This document shows positions 1-10,114 of a stretch of 64,000 bases of DNA, piece by piece. The stretch lies in contig JAWBKW010000007.1 in NCBI GenBank assembly GCA_038831135.1, positions 2,969-66,968 of the forward strand, in the 5' to 3' direction. The notes below the pieces were generated by a model, which saw only the letters and a program-made list of their open reading frames with translations, was not told the DNA's origin and searched no databases. Made by a program: the position numbers and the translations under genes. Source of the DNA: Sulfolobales archaeon. Its GTDB lineage: Archaea > Thermoproteota > Thermoprotei_A > Sulfolobales > NBVN01. How positions within the stretch are numbered: the first letter of the stretch is position 1; each line of letters starts with the position of its first letter.

Positions 1-240
1 AACGCTTTAGAACTCTATTCTAAAGCTATCAGCATGGACATTAATTGCTATGAAGGGTACTTAGGTCTAGCTCGTTTATATTCATTAGTAGGTGATTTGA
101 ATCAAGCACTTATAAATTACGAGAATGCTTTAAGATGTAAAAGGACTTGTGAAGTACTTAAAGAGATAGCCAACGTCTACAACTTAGTGGGAGATAAAGA
201 TACTGCGGATAGGTATATGAGGGAATGTAAAGATACGTAA
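1..240 (+). CDS. TPR-repeat protein, C-terminal fragment (5' end outside window)
   Basis: Frame 1 is open from nt 1 through the ATG at 34 to the stop at 238-240. It shows helical-hairpin repeats (LARLYSLVGDLNQALINYENALR; IANVYNLVGDKDTADRYM) typical of TPR. Confidence 0.45.
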   Translation, partial: NALELYSKAISMDINCYEGYLGLARLYSLVGDLNQALINYENALRCKRTCEVLKEIANVYNLVGDKDTADRYMRECKDT

Positions 241-359
241 TAGTTATGAACTTATTTTACCTATTACCTTTAAGGAATCGCGTTACCTCCTTCTATAGTG
301 TGTTTTAAATTATAATCAAAAATTTATACTTAATTAGGCAGACATTATAGGGGTCCATA

Positions 360-1409
360 GTGGTTAAACCCATAATTAAAGTTCTAGTAAATGGTTATGG
401 AGTTATTGGTAAAAGAGTTGCTGACGCAGTAAGTAAGCAAGACGATCTTAAACTTGTAGGTATTTCGGATGTGGTTGCGGACTGGAGAGTTAAATTAGCC
501 TCATCTAAAGGTATTGATGTATACGCATCTATCTCTGAAAAAGTTTATGAAATGGAAAAAGGTGGTGTACGGGTATCTGGGACGCTTGAGGACCTGTTAA
601 GGAATGGCAGTGTTGACGTAATTATTGATTGCACTCCCGCTAAAGTAGGTGCTAAAAATAAGTCTCTATACGAGAAATATGGAGTTAAAGGTATTTTCCA
701 GGGTGGTGAGAGACATGAGGTTGCCGGTCTCTCCTTCGTTGCTCAAAGGAATTACGAAGATGCCTTAGGGAAACAGTTCGTAAGAGTCGTTAGCTGTAAC
801 ACTACTGCTATATGTAGGGTTGTCGGCGCTCTCCATGAAAAATTAGATGTCAGTAAGGCCAGGGTAGTAATCATCAGAAGGGCTGTAGATGTATGGGAGT
901 CGAGCCGTACCGGGATCATGAATACTGTGGTTCCGGAGCTCCACATACCTTCGCACCATGGACCAGATGCTCAGACTGTGATACCTAGCCTCAATATAAT
1001 AACATTAGCTGCCAAAGGAAGCCATAATTTATACCACTTACATATGGCGATGGTTGAGATGCGAAATCAAGTAAAGTTGAATGATGTCATTAATGTCTTA
1101 GAGGAGGAACCTAGGGTAGTTTTCGTAAATGGTTCTGACGGTGTTGAAGGGCTTAACTCTATCTTCGAAATATCTAGGGATCTTGGTAGACCTAGAGGGG
1201 ATCTTTACGAAATACCTGTTTGGTACGACAGTATATCGTTATCAAACGATGGTAAGGAAGTTTACCTAATATGGGCTACTCCTAATGAATCCAATGTCAT
1301 CCCCGAGAATATAGATGCTGTAAGAGCTATTACAGAGATAGAATCTAATCGTTACAACTCCATTGAAAAGACAGATAAAGCTTTAAACATCATTAAGAAG
1401 TTATATTAA
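360..1409 (+). CDS. gap: Glyceraldehyde-3-phosphate dehydrogenase, archaeal type
   Basis: 349 aa with a GTG start. It has an N-terminal Rossmann motif (VNGYGVIGKRVA) and the catalytic VSCNTTAI motif. Length and layout fit archaeal phosphorylating GAPDH. Confidence 0.9.
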   Translation: MVKPIIKVLVNGYGVIGKRVADAVSKQDDLKLVGISDVVADWRVKLASSKGIDVYASISEKVYEMEKGGVRVSGTLEDLLRNGSVDVIIDCTPAKVGAKNKSLYEKYGVKGIFQGGERHEVAGLSFVAQRNYEDALGKQFVRVVSCNTTAICRVVGALHEKLDVSKARVVIIRRAVDVWESSRTGIMNTVVPELHIPSHHGPDAQTVIPSLNIITLAAKGSHNLYHLHMAMVEMRNQVKLNDVINVLEEEPRVVFVNGSDGVEGLNSIFEISRDLGRPRGDLYEIPVWYDSISLSNDGKEVYLIWATPNESNVIPENIDAVRAITEIESNRYNSIEKTDKALNIIKKLY

Positions 1410-2639
1410 GTCTTTAGGGATTATTGAAGATGCGTAGGGGAGCACTAATACCTCATCATTGCCAACTAATTCGAATGCGTCTTTAATGGCTTCATCAACA
1501 TTACTAACTTTTTTATAAAGTCTGGATTGTTTAATATTATTAGACACTATTAATATATTGGCTTTCATTGCTATTCTAGCTATGGCGTATGCCTTATGAT
1601 ACCCTAAATCGAAATTCTCCTTTATAAAATTAATTACATCAGCCGGCGTCATATCCGAATATACGAGTTCTTCGGTTTTTTCTTCGCCAACACCTTCTCT
1701 ACATTCCGCAAGTAGAATGATAACACCTCCAGGCTTAACGCACTTAGACGCTACTTCTAATGCTTTATGAGATTGATAAAGGTTGATGTCTTTAGGATAG
1801 CCACCAGGGGAAGCTATCACGATATCGTATTTTCTTCCTACGGTAACGCCGTATAATTCATTAAACATCTTAACTGCTTCTCTATGAGCCTTTATAAAGT
1901 GACCTGAAAAACAGCCCAGTATCTCCTTCTTCTCGCTTAGGACTACATTAACTATATAGTCAAGACCAGCAATCTTTGCTGCCTCATCTATATCTTCCCT
2001 AACAGGATTTCCGTCTATCCGTCCTAGCTCTGCTCCAGGTAGTAACATCATTTTATGATTTTCTCTAATACTCTCATATGAGGATATACCTGGTAATATA
2101 CTTTTACCGCCACCACTATATCCAGCAAAGTAATGAGGATCTACGTTAGCTATAGATATTATGAAGTCGGAGTTCGCAACTAGTGAATTAATTGTTAGGG
2201 GAGTTCCCCTACTAGTCTTACCGATATATATCAAAGAGTTGGTATTTCTGCAATCATGATCTAAAACTCTAAAACTAGTAACTATATCGTTACCCAGTAA
2301 TTTAACCCATTCATCAAAAGTATGTGGTCTATGTATTCCTGTAGCGAAGATTATCGCTATATTTTCTTTTTTAATACCTGATGAAAGCAGCTTTTCAATA
2401 ACCACGGGAACTATTTTATTTGATGGACATGGTCTAGTAATGTCGCTAACTATTAATGTGACTTTTGACGTGTTTTCTAATGAATCTCTTAAATGAGCAC
2501 TGCCAATAGGATTATCAAGGGACTCTGAAATAATTTCGAAATCGCTTCTAGTCTTTAGAATAGATTTAGGTGTTACAGAGGCGACCTTAAGGTCCTCGAT
2601 CGTTATATAACTGTTACCATACGGTACGGAGAACCTCGT
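1401..2639 (-). CDS. LarA-like (DUF2088) nickel-pincer dependent racemase family protein; start uncertain
   Basis: The track ORF (GTG at 2405) carries DPHYFAGYSGGGK and other LarA core motifs. The same frame stays open to 2651 and encodes the LarA N terminus (FSVPYGNSYITIEDL, LDNPIGS, SDITRPCP) with no ATG/GTG/TTG. Confidence 0.7.
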   Translation of the reverse strand, partial: TRFSVPYGNSYITIEDLKVASVTPKSILKTRSDFEIISESLDNPIGSAHLRDSLENTSKVTLIVSDITRPCPSNKIVPVVIEKLLSSGIKKENIAIIFATGIHRPHTFDEWVKLLGNDIVTSFRVLDHDCRNTNSLIYIGKTSRGTPLTINSLVANSDFIISIANVDPHYFAGYSGGGKSILPGISSYESIRENHKMMLLPGAELGRIDGNPVREDIDEAAKIAGLDYIVNVVLSEKKEILGCFSGHFIKAHREAVKMFNELYGVTVGRKYDIVIASPGGYPKDINLYQSHKALEVASKCVKPGGVIILLAECREGVGEEKTEELVYSDMTPADVINFIKENFDLGYHKAYAIARIAMKANILIVSNNIKQSRLYKKVSNVDEAIKDAFELVGNDEVLVLPYASSIIPKDLI

Positions 2640-2901
2640 ATTTTTACACCTCTATGGACTAATAATCATTTCTTACTACTAAACAAATATATTTTACACT
2701 AATTAGGATTTTAAACGATCATTAGCAACTTTAAGTTAGAAGGAATTAATACTCAAGCGGTGCTTACCTAATTACTTCATAGAACAATTTCTACTCGAAA
2801 GAGTTTTATAAACTAAATCGTTACAGATTTACGATGCGGTTCCATTAATGAGCGCTAAAGTTTTTAAGTGTGGGAAGTAATGGAGTATTGGTGAAATTGT
2901 A

Positions 2902-3903
2902 ATGGTATTATCATCTGGTATTTCTAAAACTATGTCAGTAGCTATAATTGTCTTGTTAATAGCTATTATTGCTGGTGCATTCTACTACTACTCTTCAGTC
3001 ACGGCCCCACCTCAGTATCCGTCAAAACCTATTACATTTATAGTTTCTTGGTCTGCAGGTGGTGGCACGGACCGTACTGCTAGAATGATTGCAGCCTTAT
3101 TGGAGAATATTAGTGGTTGGAAAACGGTGGTAGAGAATAAAGTTGGTGGTGGAGGTACCGTAGGTCATTTAGCTATGGCTACAGCACCTCCAGACGGTTA
3201 TACCGTAGGTATTATAACTTTCGAACTATCAACCTTTGAGTGGATGGGTCTGGCTAACGTATCATATAAAAACTTCAAACCAGTCTTACTTTATAATAAA
3301 GATCCGGCTGCTGTAATTGTTAGAGCTGACGCGCCATGGAAGGATATCATCGAACTTACCAACTATATTAAGCAGAATCCAGGAAAACTGAAGGCTTCAG
3401 GTACGGCTAAAGGTGGTGTATGGGACTTAGGTAGAATCGGATGGCTTAAGGCTGCTGGTGTGAACCCAGATGCACTTCCTTGGGTTCCCAGCACCGGCGC
3501 CGCACCATGTCTTCAAGAATTAGTTGCTGGTGGTATTGATGTATGCACGTGTAGCTTACCTGAAGCCGGGCCTCTCATTGAGGCTGGTAAGGTTAAGGCG
3601 TTAGCTGTTATGTCTGATGAGAGAAACCCGGCATTTCCCGACGTACCTACACTAAAGGAAAAAGGGATTAACTGGTCGTTCGGTACATGGAGAGGTGTTG
3701 GGGTACCTAAAGACACGCCAGATCAAATAGTTAAAATACTCCATGACGCGATTAAGAAAGTAATAGATTCTCCGCAATGGAAGGAATTTATGAATAAGAA
3801 CGGCTTCGGTATGGCATATCTATCATCTGATGAGTTCGCGAAGTTCTTAGAGAATGATTATAAGGTAGTAGGTGAGTTACTAAAGGCAGCTGGCTATATA
3901 TGA
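2902..3903 (+). CDS. tctC: Tripartite tricarboxylate transporter substrate-binding protein (TctC/Bug family), membrane anchored
   Basis: N-terminal TM/signal anchor followed by the Bug-family signature (ITFIVSWSAGGGTDRTARMIA). It is followed by tctB and tctA. Confidence 0.8.
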   Translation: MVLSSGISKTMSVAIIVLLIAIIAGAFYYYSSVTAPPQYPSKPITFIVSWSAGGGTDRTARMIAALLENISGWKTVVENKVGGGGTVGHLAMATAPPDGYTVGIITFELSTFEWMGLANVSYKNFKPVLLYNKDPAAVIVRADAPWKDIIELTNYIKQNPGKLKASGTAKGGVWDLGRIGWLKAAGVNPDALPWVPSTGAAPCLQELVAGGIDVCTCSLPEAGPLIEAGKVKALAVMSDERNPAFPDVPTLKEKGINWSFGTWRGVGVPKDTPDQIVKILHDAIKKVIDSPQWKEFMNKNGFGMAYLSSDEFAKFLENDYKVVGELLKAAGYI

Positions 3904-3970
3904 ATTAATCGATCATATTAAAATAAAAATTTTTATTAATTTTAACATTCTGGTATGCAGGTAGAACGTT

Positions 3971-4462
3971 ATGAAAGACGTCATAGTTAGTATTATTGGT
4001 ATGCTACTAGGTATACTCATAATTATCTTATCTAGGGATTTACCAATATTTATAGCAAAAGGTTACCCGGGACCTTCGTTCTTCCCATTAATCCTCTCAG
4101 CAATATCTATATTATGTGGTTTTATTCTAATGTTGAAGACCTTTAAAAGTTTAAAAAAGCAAAATAAAAAGTTGGAATTAGTTCTAAGTATCAGTCAAAA
4201 AGGTATACTCAATAATATCCCTCTAAGGAATGCTACAATATTTGCATTCTTTATGGTTACTTACATCTTACTAATACCGTATTTAGGTTTCTTCTTAGTA
4301 TCTCTGATGTTTATGTTCATTACTCAAACTGCTTACGGTGTGTCAGTGTTGAAAGCATTGGCAATTAGTTCTGCTGCGATATTCTTAATTTATATGTTAT
4401 TTATTGTGATACTCAAGGTTGTAGTTCCTGAACCAATTTTAGGGTCGCTTATATTTAGGTGA
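3971..4462 (+). CDS. tctB: Tripartite tricarboxylate transporter small membrane subunit (TctB-like)
   Basis: 163 aa with about 4 predicted TM helices. It lies between tctC and tctA and overlaps the tctA start by 4 nt. Confidence 0.65.
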   Translation: MKDVIVSIIGMLLGILIIILSRDLPIFIAKGYPGPSFFPLILSAISILCGFILMLKTFKSLKKQNKKLELVLSISQKGILNNIPLRNATIFAFFMVTYILLIPYLGFFLVSLMFMFITQTAYGVSVLKALAISSAAIFLIYMLFIVILKVVVPEPILGSLIFR

Positions 4463-5943
4463 TCACAATGATATTCGAAATTCTTCAACTGGTGCTGCAA
4501 CCTCATGTGTTGTTCGCAATATTTGCTGCAGAGCTGTTTGGAGTATTTATAGGAGCTATGCCGGGTTTAACTGCTACGATGGCTACAGCTCTATTAGTTC
4601 CTTTTACATACTTCATGGATCCGTTAGCAGGTATATCTATGATAATAGCTATGGCAGCAGTAGCTATTTTTGCTGGCGATATCCCAGCCGTATTACTAAA
4701 AATTCCGGGAACACCTGCGTCAGCAGCTCAGACCATCGATGCTTACCAATTAGGTAGAACAAAACCTATACAAACACTTTCTACTGATTTAGTCTGTAGC
4801 GTCATAGGTGGTATAGTAGGATCTCTCATATTAATATTTACCTCACCTTTATTGGCTGAATTCGCTGTTAATTTCTCAAGTGTGGAGTATTTCTGGCTAA
4901 CCCTATGGGGTCTATCAATGGCGATCGTAATATCTTCTGAGGATCCTCTTAAGGGGGTCTTAGGTGTTGTCATCGGCTTCTTAATAGCTACTATAGGTAT
5001 TGAACCTGTATATGGTTATGTAAGATTCACATTCGGTAAGGTCGAACTCCTAAGCGGTATTAGCTTCATACCTGCAATGATAGGACTTTTCGCGATACCT
5101 GAGCTACTTAAGCAGATTTCTAAGCCGCATGAGAGATATTTAATTAATTTACTAAGAGGTGAAAAAACTTATGAAATGATCTTAACAGCCTTAAAGAGAT
5201 TTAAAGCAACGATATTGAGATCGTCACTTATAGGTACTTTCATAGGTGCATTGCCTGGAGCTGGGGCAGATATTGCTGCTTGGGTATCATATGGTGTGGC
5301 TAAGAGAGTTAGTAAAAAACCTGAAGAATTCGGTAAGGGGACCTTAGAGGGTGTTGTCGCAGCAACATCAGCTAATAATGCAGCCTTGAGCGGTGCATGG
5401 ATACCACTCTTAGTTTTCGGGATTCCGGGAGATTCGATAACTGCAATAGCGTTAGGCGCTTTAATGGCTCATGGCTTAAGACCAGGACCTATGCTTTTTC
5501 AAAGACATGGAACCTTAATAACTGCAATGTTTGCTGTTTTTATACTTGCTAACCTTCTAATGCTGTTAATAGGTTATTTAGCAATTAGGTTATCAAGTAA
5601 TATATTAAGGATCCCTAGGAATGTTTTAGTACCACTAATAGCGGTATTTTGTGTTATAGGGTCTTACGCGGTTAATAATAGCTTATTTGATGTATGGTGT
5701 ATGTTACTATTAGGTATCTTAGGGTATTTCATGGAAAGGTTAGGAATCCCAATACCATCAGTTGTATTGGCAATAATTTTAGGGCCTATGGTGGAGTTCA
5801 ACTTCATAACAACTTTAATGAAGTCGGAATTAAATCCAATTATATTCGTATCTAGGCCTGTCGCAGCAGGATTAGCTTTTCTAACTACATTCACGTGGAT
5901 ACTCCCATTCATAAGGACTAAGAAGTTAGGAATACGTAAATAA
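4459..5943 (+). CDS. tctA: Tripartite tricarboxylate transporter large permease (TctA)
   Basis: 494-aa polytopic membrane protein with TctA-like repeats (GAMPGLTAT, GALPGAGADIAAW). Confidence 0.85.
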   Translation: MITMIFEILQLVLQPHVLFAIFAAELFGVFIGAMPGLTATMATALLVPFTYFMDPLAGISMIIAMAAVAIFAGDIPAVLLKIPGTPASAAQTIDAYQLGRTKPIQTLSTDLVCSVIGGIVGSLILIFTSPLLAEFAVNFSSVEYFWLTLWGLSMAIVISSEDPLKGVLGVVIGFLIATIGIEPVYGYVRFTFGKVELLSGISFIPAMIGLFAIPELLKQISKPHERYLINLLRGEKTYEMILTALKRFKATILRSSLIGTFIGALPGAGADIAAWVSYGVAKRVSKKPEEFGKGTLEGVVAATSANNAALSGAWIPLLVFGIPGDSITAIALGALMAHGLRPGPMLFQRHGTLITAMFAVFILANLLMLLIGYLAIRLSSNILRIPRNVLVPLIAVFCVIGSYAVNNSLFDVWCMLLLGILGYFMERLGIPIPSVVLAIILGPMVEFNFITTLMKSELNPIIFVSRPVAAGLAFLTTFTWILPFIRTKKLGIRK

Positions 5944-6025
5944 AATAATAAACTATAATAGCTACAGCTTATAATTACTAAGTTTAAAATTTATTTACGC
6001 ATGTTTATTAATTAGGGTGATTAGC

Positions 6026-6676
6026 ATGAAGATCATTAACTATGTAGTAGGACCTCTTTCCACGAATTCATATATAGTTTATGATGAAGAAACAAGAGAA
6101 TCTCTCATAATAGATCCCGGTAGTGACGAATTAGTTTCTAGGGTAGAGGAACTAATGAAGTCAGGTCTTAAATTTTGCGGAATTATTGCAACACACGGAC
6201 ATATAGACCATATAGCAGGTGTTAAGGCATTAAGGGAAATTACCGGCGCCAAATTCATGCTTCATAAGTCAGATATCGAAGTTATGGATATCAGCCTAGA
6301 TTGGGGTCTAGAGTTAGGGTACAACTTAAACTTAGATGATATTAAACCTGATCAGCTCTACGAAGCTGAGGAAATAATTGGTTTAGGTAGTTACGGGATT
6401 GAAATAATTCATACGCCCGGCCATACTCCAGGATCCGTAGTTCTCTACATTCCTTCTCTAAAGATAGCCTTTACAGGAGATACGCTATTCCGTGAAAGTG
6501 TTGGGAGAACGGATCTTATGGGTGGTTCATGGTCTGCTTTAAAAGAAAGTATTAAAAAGTTAATAAACAGACTTAGTGATGATACCGTTATATACCCTGG
6601 TCACGGTCCTAGCTCAACTATTGCTTACGAATTAAGAAATAACATATTTGTTAAACGTATCATGAAGGGTAGCTAA
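6026..6676 (+). CDS. MBL-fold metallo-hydrolase (glyoxalase II-like)
   Basis: Contains THGHIDHIAG (HxHxDH) and HTPGHTPGS motifs. GGTGAT at 6016-6021 lies 4 nt before the ATG at 6026, so the track GTG at 6017 is probably part of the SD. Confidence 0.8.
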   Translation: MKIINYVVGPLSTNSYIVYDEETRESLIIDPGSDELVSRVEELMKSGLKFCGIIATHGHIDHIAGVKALREITGAKFMLHKSDIEVMDISLDWGLELGYNLNLDDIKPDQLYEAEEIIGLGSYGIEIIHTPGHTPGSVVLYIPSLKIAFTGDTLFRESVGRTDLMGGSWSALKESIKKLINRLSDDTVIYPGHGPSSTIAYELRNNIFVKRIMKGS

Positions 6677-7950
6677 AAATCTATTTTGACTGCATCTCCA
6701 TTAGACGGATAATAAACACTTAGGTCATTATTTATCTCTCTTATCTTTGACGCGAATTCCTTACCAACGGATTCCTCAGTATGCACTACTATAACATGTT
6801 TAACGTCATTAATTTTCTTTAATATATCGATAAGACCATCTGAATCAGCGTGACTTGAGAAATCAAACCATTTGACTCTAGCCTGAACTAACTGACCATT
6901 ATTTTCTAATAATCCAGACTCAAGTAATTTTCTGCCTGGGGTACCCCTTGCCTGATAGCTTACTAAATAAATAGCGTTCCTTGAATTATTAGCTAATTGT
7001 TTAGCGTAATATTGTGCTGGACCGCCTTTAAGCATCCCTGCCGATGCTACGATCACAACTCCTTTATCTTTTATTAACTTCTTCCTTTCGCCTGAAGCTC
7101 TAACCATATTAAATTCTTTCAAGGCCTTAATTAAGAGTCCATACATATTAATGTATTCTGGATAGCTTGAAATTATTTCACTCACATATCTTACCATACC
7201 GTCATAATATACGTTAAGTCCAGGGAGATGATTATATAAAACGCATAGTATTTCTTGAGCCCTGCCTAAACTGAAGACAGGAATTAGTACGTTTCCCCCG
7301 TCCTCAACAACCTCTACTACAGAGTTTATAAACTCTTTCTCTACATAGGAACGTGGAGGATGTTGAGAATTACCATAAGTAGCCTCAGTAATTATGATGT
7401 CAGCACTTAAACCTTCATAAGCAGCTGGTTTAACGAGTTTAGTCTCAATAGTATTTATATCTCCAGTATAAAGTATTTTTAAATTATTCAGTATGACAAG
7501 AACCATTGCACTACCGGGTATATGGCCGGCATTCAATAGTTTTATTTGGTAATTATTTATTTCTACCTGTTCGTTGAAGTCTGATTCTACAATATTATCT
7601 AGTAATGAATTCAGTTCGTTGTATTCGTAAGGTATGTAATAGCCTGAGATCCTTAGAAAATCCTCTATCATTACTCTAATTAATGGTTTGCTTAATCTGG
7701 TAGTTAGTGTGGGAATCTTAATTGAAGAATACATAAGTGGGGCTGCACCTATATGATCTAAATGAGCATGTGATAAGACCATACCATCGATAAGGGAAGG
7801 TCTTATATGTTGGGGAAATTGAGGTACGTCGTTTTCAGTGAAGTTTACACCATAATCTAATAAGATGTACCTTCCGTTATTTCCTACCGCTATTGCACTC
7901 CTACCTACTTCACGACCTCCTCCGAGTATCCTTATTTCTATACTTTCCAT
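6673..7950 (-). CDS. beta-CASP family ribonuclease (aCPSF2-like, no KH domains)
   Basis: 425 aa with an MBL motif (LSHAHLDHIG) plus a beta-CASP/RMMBL-like C-terminal half (FSSHADSDGL). Confidence 0.8.
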   Translation of the reverse strand: MESIEIRILGGGREVGRSAIAVGNNGRYILLDYGVNFTENDVPQFPQHIRPSLIDGMVLSHAHLDHIGAAPLMYSSIKIPTLTTRLSKPLIRVMIEDFLRISGYYIPYEYNELNSLLDNIVESDFNEQVEINNYQIKLLNAGHIPGSAMVLVILNNLKILYTGDINTIETKLVKPAAYEGLSADIIITEATYGNSQHPPRSYVEKEFINSVVEVVEDGGNVLIPVFSLGRAQEILCVLYNHLPGLNVYYDGMVRYVSEIISSYPEYINMYGLLIKALKEFNMVRASGERKKLIKDKGVVIVASAGMLKGGPAQYYAKQLANNSRNAIYLVSYQARGTPGRKLLESGLLENNGQLVQARVKWFDFSSHADSDGLIDILKKINDVKHVIVVHTEESVGKEFASKIREINNDLSVYYPSNGDAVKIDF

Positions 7951-8021
7951 GGTCTTTTACATCCACTCAATTAACTATAATTTATATTTTCCTTACTAAT
8001 AAGCATTATATGGGATTTAAA

Positions 8022-8396
8022 ATGATTCCGTTAAGTCCAAGAGAACTTAAGAGAACTCTTAAGAAGTTAGGAATTAACGTCGAGGAGTTAAGTGATGTCT
8101 TAACAGTTATTTTAGAAACTAAGGATTCTGAAATAGTTATTGAGGAACCTCAGGTAGTTGTTTTCACGTCTCAAGGCCAAAAGATTTACCAGATCGTTGG
8201 TAAAAGCGAGAAGATTATAGACAAGAAGGAATCTATTGATATTTCACAAGTAAAATTCTCAGAAGAGGATATAAATTTTGTGATGAGTCAAGGAAACGTA
8301 GATCGTGAAGTGGCTTTACAAGTATTAAAGGAAGCTAATGGAGATATAGCCAAGGCATTAATTATTATTGAGGAAAGGAAGTTAAGGAAGGTTTAA
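8022..8396 (+). CDS. nac: Nascent polypeptide-associated complex protein (NAC domain + UBA)
   Basis: Sequence MIPLSPRELKRTLKKLGINVEEL followed by a C-terminal UBA-like tail (VALQVLKEANGDIAKALIII). The upstream part of track ORF 7893.. overlaps the aCPSF2 gene antisense and looks non-coding. Confidence 0.8.
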   Translation: MIPLSPRELKRTLKKLGINVEELSDVLTVILETKDSEIVIEEPQVVVFTSQGQKIYQIVGKSEKIIDKKESIDISQVKFSEEDINFVMSQGNVDREVALQVLKEANGDIAKALIIIEERKLRKV

Positions 8397-9101
8397 GGTA
8401 ACACTTCTTAGGTTATTAATTAGTATATCAACATCTTCGGTCATTGAAAGAATTAAAGGCACTCCTTCTCTATCGGCCAACTTAATCGCTAGCGGATCCA
8501 CTCTCTTCGGTCCGTGAAGTACTATTACGGCCGGCTTAGCTGGTGCAACTCTCACAGCTATCATTGGTGACCTACCTGTACTTACTTTAGTAAATATTAA
8601 CGCTCTTCTGGTATTCATACCCATAATTTGCCAGAATTCGTTACCGCTTAGACCCTCAATAGCCTCTAAACTATCTATAACGGTATAGCCATATATTTCA
8701 TCGAGGGACGATACATAAGAATTTACTATAAGACCCTCAACAACGTTAAGCAATACGTCTAATTTTATAGGCGAATTTAATTCCTTAACATCAAGTATTG
8801 CGGTGCTATAGAGTAGGTTCAAATTTTTAGCTAACTCTTTAATAATTGTCCAACCCCTCTCACCATCTATAGTTAGAAGAGCATCAACATATTTACGTAT
8901 AAATTTAGCACCGGGAGTTCTTCTGTTCTTTTCATAATCGCTTATGACACTAGCTGAAATACCCATAATCCTAGCTATATCTAGTTGAGATGATTTAAAA
9001 ATTTCTCTCCATTTCCTTAAAGAACTCCCGTAATTATTACTTAAAACTATATCTCCCGCAATTCTTTTAGCGATAAGTTCTTTAAGGTATTCATTAGCCA
9101 T
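8382..9101 (-). CDS. Archaeal HTH (XRE-type) transcriptional regulator with conserved C-terminal domain (COG1395-like)
   Basis: XRE-like HTH (SQLDIARIMGISASVISDYEKNRR) near the N terminus, 239 aa. Confidence 0.6.
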   Translation of the reverse strand: MANEYLKELIAKRIAGDIVLSNNYGSSLRKWREIFKSSQLDIARIMGISASVISDYEKNRRTPGAKFIRKYVDALLTIDGERGWTIIKELAKNLNLLYSTAILDVKELNSPIKLDVLLNVVEGLIVNSYVSSLDEIYGYTVIDSLEAIEGLSGNEFWQIMGMNTRRALIFTKVSTGRSPMIAVRVAPAKPAVIVLHGPKRVDPLAIKLADREGVPLILSMTEDVDILINNLRSVTLNLP

Positions 9102-9182
9102 ACACTCATTACCAACATATTAAGTTATTCAATAATTAAAAGAATATAATTTTTATTAATACGTACGTTAAGCGTTAATGAC

Positions 9183-10058
9183 TTAGGTTACTATGGATTC
9201 TATTAAGGGTCCCCAGTCAATATCCGACATAGATGCGATGTTTGATTTAGGGGGAATTTCAATTATTGATGAAGGAGTTAATTTATTTACTAAATTTAGT
9301 GACTTAAGCCCTTCATCACCTAAAGTAGTAATTCTTTCTTTAATCAATTCTTTAATATCTGACAAATCATCAAACAGCATAGCACGTCCTTGACCGATAG
9401 ATATAACTATATCTACATAGTCTAATAATGAGTAATAAGGTGTGAAAGCATCATTAAATGATTCCACAATGACTACGTCCTTCCCATAACACTTCTTTTT
9501 GAGACATAGGTCTAAATTGCTTTCAATCCACGGACTTTTTAAAATTTTAATTAGTTCATCTATGTTTACATCTTCAGCTTTCATAATATTTGATAGTTCC
9601 ATCAAATCATTTACTAAGGAACTAACTGTATGATTTAAGTTATTCCTTACGATGAAGTGTTTCACAATGCCGTCTTCACACGAAGTAATTCTCGCTAAGA
9701 CTATCTGCTTAAATTGGTCAAAAGCGTCTGTCAGATACTTGTTAAACATATTAGCGTTAAGGTACTTTGCGATGTCCACAGGACTCGTAAGTAAGTCTAC
9801 CGGGTTCGTATTCGGTAACTCTTTATTACTTATTAACCCTAAGTCGAGATAGGTAAGAACATCAGCGCCTACAAGTAATTTAAGTTCTTTACTCCTAGTT
9901 ACTGTGAAGTATTGAGTCCATGCGCTATGTCCGGCTACCGGTTTATATATGTTGATGTTATATCCACGGTTTATAAAATTCTTTGCTAACGATACTGAAA
10001 ACCACGTTTTACCAGAGTCATGTACGAATAAACCGTTAATTAGTACTACCTTAGTCAT
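9183..10058 (-). CDS. Hypothetical protein with degenerate P-loop-like N terminus
   Basis: 291-aa clean ORF. The N terminus (VVLINGLFVHDSGKTWFSVSLA) resembles dethiobiotin-synthase/CobQ-type nucleotide-binding loops. No other motif was recognised. Confidence 0.35.
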   Translation of the reverse strand: MTKVVLINGLFVHDSGKTWFSVSLAKNFINRGYNINIYKPVAGHSAWTQYFTVTRSKELKLLVGADVLTYLDLGLISNKELPNTNPVDLLTSPVDIAKYLNANMFNKYLTDAFDQFKQIVLARITSCEDGIVKHFIVRNNLNHTVSSLVNDLMELSNIMKAEDVNIDELIKILKSPWIESNLDLCLKKKCYGKDVVIVESFNDAFTPYYSLLDYVDIVISIGQGRAMLFDDLSDIKELIKERITTLGDEGLKSLNLVNKLTPSSIIEIPPKSNIASMSDIDWGPLIESIVT

Positions 10059-10114
10059 TAACTCGCCCTTATAAAATTAGACGATGAAAGTCTTTATTTT
10101 ATTTATTGAGGTAT

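Noticed and set aside
7893-8021. N-terminal extension of the NAC ORF in the track.
   Set aside because: The extension overlaps the aCPSF2 5' end antisense and is hydrophobic and low-complexity. NAC homology begins at MIPLSPRELK (ATG 8022).
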